A stretch of DNA of 64,000 bases from Sedimentisphaerales bacterium (lineage in GTDB: Bacteria; Planctomycetota; Phycisphaerae; Sedimentisphaerales; SM23-30). Positions within the stretch are counted from its first letter, which is position 1, and the number at the start of each line of letters is the position of its first letter. The stretch lies in the NCBI GenBank assembly GCA_963666285.1, contig OY762711.1; one strand, written 5' to 3'. Shown here one piece after another: positions 58,577 through 64,000 of this stretch. The position numbers were made by a program, and so were the translations under genes. Below the pieces are notes generated by a model. That model worked only from the letters and a program-made list of their open reading frames with translations. It ran no database searches and was not told the DNA's origin.

Positions 58577-58742
58577 TTTTATAATATACCTTTCAGAAGA
58601 ATTTTATTAAATCAACGTATGCTTAAATTATATATAGAAAATAGAAGAAAGAGGACGCCATTTTTGTAGTACTTACCGCCAATTTTGACAATTGGTTTAT
58701 AAAGATGGGTTATATGTGTGATACCATTTTTTGTGGGAAAAA

Positions 58743-58816
58743 TACGCCTGGCGGGATTCGAACCCACGACCTTCGGTTTAGGAAACCGATGCTCTATCCT
58801 GCTGAGCTACAGACGC
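58743..58816 (-). tRNA. tRNA-Arg (anticodon CCT), CCA not encoded
   Basis: GCGTCTG acceptor, TAGCTCAG D arm, TCGGT-TTCCTAA-ACCGA anticodon arm, GGTTCGAATCC T arm. Confidence 0.93.
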
Positions 58817-58952
58817 ATAAGCCGAAAAAATGCTCCGGCTTTGGATTTTGAAAGAGAAACTGTAACTGAAAACCAAGGCATTGTCAAGAGTGAACCTGAC
58901 AACGCCAGTTAAATATTTAAATTATTGTTATGTTATAACTGTTTGTTGAATA

Positions 58953-60029
58953 TTATTTTATGCTGAATTTGTGTATTGTAATGTGGTGGTATTTCTCACC
59001 CGGCTTCAGAACGGTTGTAGGGAAGTCCGGCTGATTGGGACTGTCAGGGAAATGCTGTGTCTCCAGGCATAATCCGGCAAATCTGTCGTATGGCAGTCCG
59101 GCAGGGTTTTTCAAGGTACCATCCAGATAATAAGCCGTATATAGTTGTACGCCGGGCTGATTGGTTCTAACCTCCATAAAACGACCGCTTTCCGGATCGT
59201 AAACTTCAGCGATTGGACTTAGCTTGTCGTTAAACTCGTCCGGGTTGCAGCTTGGGCTTTTAATAACAAAGTTATGATCGTAGCCAAACGGCAGGTCGAA
59301 AATATCATTACTGAGCGGCTTGGCGGTAGTGAAATCAAATGGAGTATCAGCTACCTTTGCGATTTCACCTGTCGGGATAAGACTATCATCAACAAGCGTG
59401 TATCTGTCAGCGTTCAGTTTAAGTATATGTTCGGTTATGTTGCAGTTACCGGCACCGCTAAGGTTCCAGTAGCTATGCTGAGTTAGGTTTATGATAGTAG
59501 CGGCATCGGTCAGGGCCTGGTAATCAAACTTTAGCTCGTTGTCGTTATTAAGCTCGTAAGTCATGGTGATATCCAGGTTGCCTGGATAGCCTTCTTCGCC
59601 GTCGGAGCTGTGCAGGGTAAGCAGAAGAGCGACAGAACCGTCTTTTGTCAATGTTTCAGCCTGCCAAACTTTTTTGTCAAAGCCTTTTATGCCGCCGTGT
59701 AGAGAGTTTGGCCCGTTGTTTATCGGTAGTGTGTACTCTTTACCTTCAAGAGCAAACTTACCTTCTTTTATCCGGTTACCGTAGCGACCAATTACGGCAC
59801 CAAAATAAGGCCCGGCTTTTAGATATGTATCGCTGGTGTAATCTTCTACACGGGCAAAACCAAGCTGGACATTATCGACTTTTCCTTTTTTGTCTGGTAC
59901 ATTCATTTCGACCAGTATACCGCCGTAATTAGTGATTTTGGCAGAGAGCCCGTTATCATTGGTCAGGGTAAACAGTTGGGTTTCAGTACCGTCTGACAGT
60001 TTGCCAAAGCTTTCTGTTTTTATGTCCAT
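58953..60029 (-). CDS. galM: Aldose 1-epimerase (galactose mutarotase)
   Basis: GRYGNRI, LHGG, EEGYPG, NLTQHSYWNL, YDHNF, CLETQHFPDSPN. Confidence 0.92.
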   Translation of the reverse strand: MDIKTESFGKLSDGTETQLFTLTNDNGLSAKITNYGGILVEMNVPDKKGKVDNVQLGFARVEDYTSDTYLKAGPYFGAVIGRYGNRIKEGKFALEGKEYTLPINNGPNSLHGGIKGFDKKVWQAETLTKDGSVALLLTLHSSDGEEGYPGNLDITMTYELNNDNELKFDYQALTDAATIINLTQHSYWNLSGAGNCNITEHILKLNADRYTLVDDSLIPTGEIAKVADTPFDFTTAKPLSNDIFDLPFGYDHNFVIKSPSCNPDEFNDKLSPIAEVYDPESGRFMEVRTNQPGVQLYTAYYLDGTLKNPAGLPYDRFAGLCLETQHFPDSPNQPDFPTTVLKPGEKYHHITIHKFSIK

Positions 60030-60083
60030 TATATTCTCCTATTAGTTCTTAGTGTATTTCATAATCTTCTATGAAGAAAATCT

Positions 60084-61418
60084 CTATTTTAGTGTTTTTT
60101 TACCGGATTCAAAGTCTTTTATTATTGTTGCCTGGTCATATAATTCGCCATCAGCTGTGTAGGCAAGGTATGTAAGGGTGTTGCCGTCAACCTTTATGAC
60201 CTGGAAAAACTGTTTTTGTACATCAGTTTTGTCTGGAGTATATCCCTGATCAGAGTAGCTTTCGAGCTGGTCTGTTGAAAGTTCGTACATCTTATGTCCG
60301 CTGACAGATGTAACATAAATGGTTTCAACGGAATCAGAGTTACCATATTCGTCGTCATTAGTTCTTACCGGCACATGCCCGCGTGCATAAGTATGGTCGT
60401 GGCCCTGTAGGACAAGGTCTACCCCGTATTTATCAATCAGCGGTTTCCATTTTTTACGTGCGTAAGGGAAGTCGCGTCCCTTGGCAGGAGAGAAGATAGA
60501 ATAATGGCAGGTTATGACTTTCCATTTAGCTCCGGGCCGCTCAAGCTGCTGTTTGAGATATTTCGTTTGAGCTTTGGTTTCCTGCATAGTGTTCAAAACT
60601 ATTACCCGCAGACCCTGGTAGTCAAAACTGTAAACATTTTCCTGAAGCACTTCCGGCAAATCAGGTTCCGGCGGCAGGGTGAATTGTGGTCGCCATTGAA
60701 GTGAAATAATATGTTCCGGCTTATTTTTGCTAAGAGCGTTTAGTTCGTGATTGCCGAGAACCGGCACACCGGTCCATTGCGAATGGATAAAACTGCCGGC
60801 TTTGAACCATTCAGCCCATTCCTGGTCTTTGTGGGAAGTATTGATAAGGTCACCGGCATGGATAGCAAAAACAGCATCCGGAGCCTTTTGGTATGCCATG
60901 CGAATAGCCCTGGACCAGTGGCTAAGTATTCCGGTTTGAGCATCACCGAAGTAAACAAAGTTAAAAGGGGCATATTCGGTTTTTGCGGTTCGAAACTGGA
61001 TCCATTCCGACCAGATTTTGTCCCCGTCTCCCACCCGGTAGATATAAAGAGTGTCAGGTTCTAATGACTCAAAAATAACAGAATGATAATTAACCTTGCC
61101 CTGGATGTTATACTGAGCTTCATTCAGGTCGATGGTTTCGGTTTTGGCTTCGACGGTACGTGATTTTGTGTCAAAATATGGAGAAGCTTCAGATTTTGCA
61201 ATTTGTGCGACAGATTTAGTGATGCTGGTGTCAGTTCGCCAGGTAACGGCTCTTGATGTGGCAGGATCGCCATAAAAAGTAAGGAAAATTCGGTCAGGGT
61301 CGGGACTGGCTTTTTCCCAATGATGCAGTTGGTTTTGGTTGTCATGTGCTATCAAAGCTGTTGTACTGCACAGCAATAACAGAATGGTAAAAATTATTTT
61401 AATAGAATCTGCTTTCAT
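60084..61418 (-). CDS. Secreted purple acid phosphatase-like metallophosphoesterase with FN3 domain
   Basis: FGDAQ, HAGDL, GNHE, GHDHTY motifs; signal peptide. Confidence 0.88.
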   Translation of the reverse strand: MKADSIKIIFTILLLLCSTTALIAHDNQNQLHHWEKASPDPDRIFLTFYGDPATSRAVTWRTDTSITKSVAQIAKSEASPYFDTKSRTVEAKTETIDLNEAQYNIQGKVNYHSVIFESLEPDTLYIYRVGDGDKIWSEWIQFRTAKTEYAPFNFVYFGDAQTGILSHWSRAIRMAYQKAPDAVFAIHAGDLINTSHKDQEWAEWFKAGSFIHSQWTGVPVLGNHELNALSKNKPEHIISLQWRPQFTLPPEPDLPEVLQENVYSFDYQGLRVIVLNTMQETKAQTKYLKQQLERPGAKWKVITCHYSIFSPAKGRDFPYARKKWKPLIDKYGVDLVLQGHDHTYARGHVPVRTNDDEYGNSDSVETIYVTSVSGHKMYELSTDQLESYSDQGYTPDKTDVQKQFFQVIKVDGNTLTYLAYTADGELYDQATIIKDFESGKKTLK

Positions 61419-61484
61419 TGTAATACTTTCTCTTTAATATACTTATAAAGTTTCTAAACCTTTTTTGAATATACTTCTGAATGA

Positions 61485-62522
61485 TTATAGTGCAGATTCG
61501 ATAGCTTTTCTTACTTTTTCTGCTGCTATTGCAGGATTATCAGCCGAGATAATATTCTGGCATACAGCAACAGCCTGGGCACCGGCGGCGATAGCATCAG
61601 CAGCATTTTTATCAGTAACACCACCAATAGCTACAATTGGGTTTTGAGTGATTTTTCTGGTTTTTTCGATAAAATCTGTTCCTGTCTTGGGAATATCAGG
61701 TTTTGTCTCACTGCCGAAAATTGAGCCTATCCCTATATAATCAATATCTTCGTCATTCGTAATGCTTACTTCATCCAGGTTGTGGCATGTGCGTCCAATT
61801 ATACTTGAAGATCCTACTATTTTACGGGCAGGCCCGGGCGGCAGGTCATTCATGCCCAAGTGAACACCGTGAGCATTTGAAATTGCAGCGAGGTCACATC
61901 GGTCATTTATTATAAACAGGGCGTTGTTTGTTTTACATAGCTCAGCAATAGCGCAGGCAGTATCAAGTGTTTCACTGCCGAGCAGTTCTTTTTCCCGATA
62001 CTGAATACAGTCGGTACCAGCTTCCAGTATGAGTCTGGCTGTTTCAACAGGGTCAAATTTGCACAGCTCCCCAGTGATTAGTACATAAAGTCGTACTTTG
62101 TCGAATTTTTTGCGGGAAATGCGGGCGAAAATCTGTTTTTCCAGTTCATAACCGTGATATCTGAGCTTTTCGATGCCGGCAGACACTTCAGGGGCAAAGG
62201 TTTTAGCGTATTCTTCGATTGCCCGCAGGGCTTCAGAGAGACGGGCTGCAGCAGCTTTTACAACTGCTGAGATGTTTTCCCGGTTAGTTTCGCTGGCCAG
62301 CGAAACTGTCGTGCCGACATCGCCGGGAGTGTCTCGGCTGTCTAGCAGGTCGGCGGCATTTAGTTTGCCAATCAGCCTGCATAATTCGTGGCGAGCTGAT
62401 TTGAAGCTTTCTGTAAGTGGTTGGTCGTCAAGTATAAAACGTGCGTATTCTTCCAAAACCCGCAGTCCTTCACGGCTGCGGTTGAAGTTTGCGTCTATGA
62501 TTCTTAGAATGCTGTTTTGCAT
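61485..62522 (-). CDS. thiE: Thiamine-phosphate synthase with N-terminal helical extension
   Basis: RIIDANFNRSREGLRVLEE N-domain; IQYREK, IINDR, GVHLG, SETK, VAIGG. Confidence 0.92.
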   Translation of the reverse strand: MQNSILRIIDANFNRSREGLRVLEEYARFILDDQPLTESFKSARHELCRLIGKLNAADLLDSRDTPGDVGTTVSLASETNRENISAVVKAAAARLSEALRAIEEYAKTFAPEVSAGIEKLRYHGYELEKQIFARISRKKFDKVRLYVLITGELCKFDPVETARLILEAGTDCIQYREKELLGSETLDTACAIAELCKTNNALFIINDRCDLAAISNAHGVHLGMNDLPPGPARKIVGSSSIIGRTCHNLDEVSITNDEDIDYIGIGSIFGSETKPDIPKTGTDFIEKTRKITQNPIVAIGGVTDKNAADAIAAGAQAVAVCQNIISADNPAIAAEKVRKAIESAL

Positions 62523-62562
62523 AGATGATTATTATATTCATATTGGGATATGATTCAAATTC

Positions 62563-62597
62563 AAAAAAAAGGGACATCAGATTTGATGCCCCTTTTA
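62563..62597 (-). terminator. Intrinsic terminator after gltA
   Basis: A8-GGGACATCAG-AT-TTGATGCCCC-TTTT. Confidence 0.7.
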
Positions 62598-62710
62598 TGT
62601 ATCGTGTTATATTTATACATAGTGTATGATTTTGACCGACGCTCGGAAGGTATGTGATGAGATCATTTACACCACGCTCGAACGGCCATTTTCAACTGTT
62701 ATGGGTATAT

Positions 62711-63997
62711 TTACCTGTTTTCCAGTGGTGTGTAAGGCCGCTGGTTTTCGCCGGTATATATCTGGCGAGGACGAGATATTCTACCGCCCGGAGTGTCGTT
62801 GATTTCTTTCCAGTGGGCGATCCAGCCAGGCAGACGGCCAATTGCAAAGAATACCGTAAACATATTTGTTGGGATACCAATTGCACGCATAATCAGGCCG
62901 CTGTAGAAGTCGACGTTGGGATAGAGATTACGCTCGACGAAGTATTCATCTTCGAGAGCATATTCTTCCAGTTTGCGAGCGATATCAAGCAGCGGATCAT
63001 GGTGGTTAATTTTGGAAAAGAGATCGTGGCAAAGTTTCTTGAGTACTTTGGCACGCGGATCGTAGTTTTTGTAAACACGATGTCCAAAGCCCATAAGTTT
63101 GAATGGGCTTTCCTTGTCTTTTGCCATTTCAACACATTTCTGAACGTCCATACCACCTTTGTGGATAGCTTCAAGCATCTCGAGAACACCCATATTGGCT
63201 CCACCGTGAAGAGGACCCCAAAGAGCACATACTCCGGCAGAGATTGAGCTGAACAGGTTAGCTTTTGCAGATGCTACCATACGTACAGTTGAAGTTGAAC
63301 AATTCTGTTCGTGATCGGCATGAAGCATGAGCATTGCGTCGATAGCTTTAGCTACCACAGGCTCAACTTCATAGTCACCATGAGGGACAGAGAACATCAT
63401 ATGCAGCAGGTTAGACACATAACGTCTATGCGGATCAGGGTAAACAAAAGGCTGGCCCAGCATCATTTTGTAAGAGAATGCAGCAATAGTACGAACTTTA
63501 CTTATCAGTCGGGCAGATGCAGACATGAGACCTTCATCGCAGGCAGGGTCAGTAAGCTGTGGGTGATAACAGCTAAGAGCATTAATCATCGCTGATAGCA
63601 TTGCCATTGGCGGAGCATTCCAGGGGAAACCTTCAAAATGACTTTTCAGGTTTTCATGGAGCAGGGCATTATCTGTCAATTCGCTGGAGAACCTGTCGAA
63701 TTCTTCCCTATTTGGTAGTTCACCCCAGATTAGCAGGTAAGCCACTTCGACAAATCTGCTGTTTGCAGCAAGGTCTTCAATATCGTATCCGCGATAACGA
63801 AGGATACCTTTTTCGCCGTCTATGTATGTAATACTGCTGGTGCAGGAACCGGTATTGCCATAGCCCGGATCAAGTGTTATGCAGTTGCTCTGAGTACGCA
63901 GTTTAGTAATGTCAAAGCCGGTCTCGTTTTCTGTTCCTGTGAATGCAGGCAACTCGTATTTCTTTCCACGAAATTCTAAGATAGCTTTTTCTGTCAT
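62711..63997 (-). CDS. gltA: Citrate synthase
   Basis: GILRYRGY, LHADHEQNCST, GPLHGGAN, GFGHRVYKNYDPRA, YPNVDFYSG, SRPRQIY. Confidence 0.97.
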   Translation of the reverse strand: MTEKAILEFRGKKYELPAFTGTENETGFDITKLRTQSNCITLDPGYGNTGSCTSSITYIDGEKGILRYRGYDIEDLAANSRFVEVAYLLIWGELPNREEFDRFSSELTDNALLHENLKSHFEGFPWNAPPMAMLSAMINALSCYHPQLTDPACDEGLMSASARLISKVRTIAAFSYKMMLGQPFVYPDPHRRYVSNLLHMMFSVPHGDYEVEPVVAKAIDAMLMLHADHEQNCSTSTVRMVASAKANLFSSISAGVCALWGPLHGGANMGVLEMLEAIHKGGMDVQKCVEMAKDKESPFKLMGFGHRVYKNYDPRAKVLKKLCHDLFSKINHHDPLLDIARKLEEYALEDEYFVERNLYPNVDFYSGLIMRAIGIPTNMFTVFFAIGRLPGWIAHWKEINDTPGGRISRPRQIYTGENQRPYTPLENR

Positions 63998-64000
63998 ATA

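Noticed and set aside
53608..58816. Genomic island integrated at tRNA-Arg
   Set aside because: No integrase and no convincing duplicate of the tRNA 3' end; the CCTGGCCGGG at about 53660 is too short a match.

Overview
Bacterial chromosomal window. It most likely comes from a planctomycete of class Phycisphaerae. This is inferred from the DUF1559-type prepilin gene, the dockerin-like secreted protein, the PEP-CTERM proteins and the long ACP between two FabZ-like genes. 1-14.1 kb is a type II secretion/type IV filament operon: GspE, GspF, five prepilin-leader proteins and a 1656-aa GspK/PilX-like protein. It is followed by araA, a dockerin-like protein paired with a prepilin-like gene, queA, nadA, an AT-rich minus-strand cassette, a chimeric 958-aa protein and an alpha-2-macroglobulin/pbpC pair. 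Then come a secreted DUF2235/Tle1-like hydrolase, three PEP-CTERM genes, pepP, ettA, fmt, metK, hemerythrin, FabZ-ACP-FabZ, GH9/GH3/aldose epimerase genes around a tRNA-Arg(CCT), a purple acid phosphatase, thiE and gltA. The most unusual signal is non-coding. About nine sense-strand arrays of 3-6 purine-rich heptads, mostly flanked by hairpins, lie between genes from 4.8 to 22.6 kb, and one sits directly before a truncated four-helix-bundle gene. Three consecutive pilin genes share near-identical RBS/leader DNA, and one has an in-frame G12 tract. A ~160-bp element occurs in three dispersed copies, and a 168-bp palindromic MITE lies after ettA. No CRISPR array, rRNA, intact transposase or integrase was seen. 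All alignments were done by eye.
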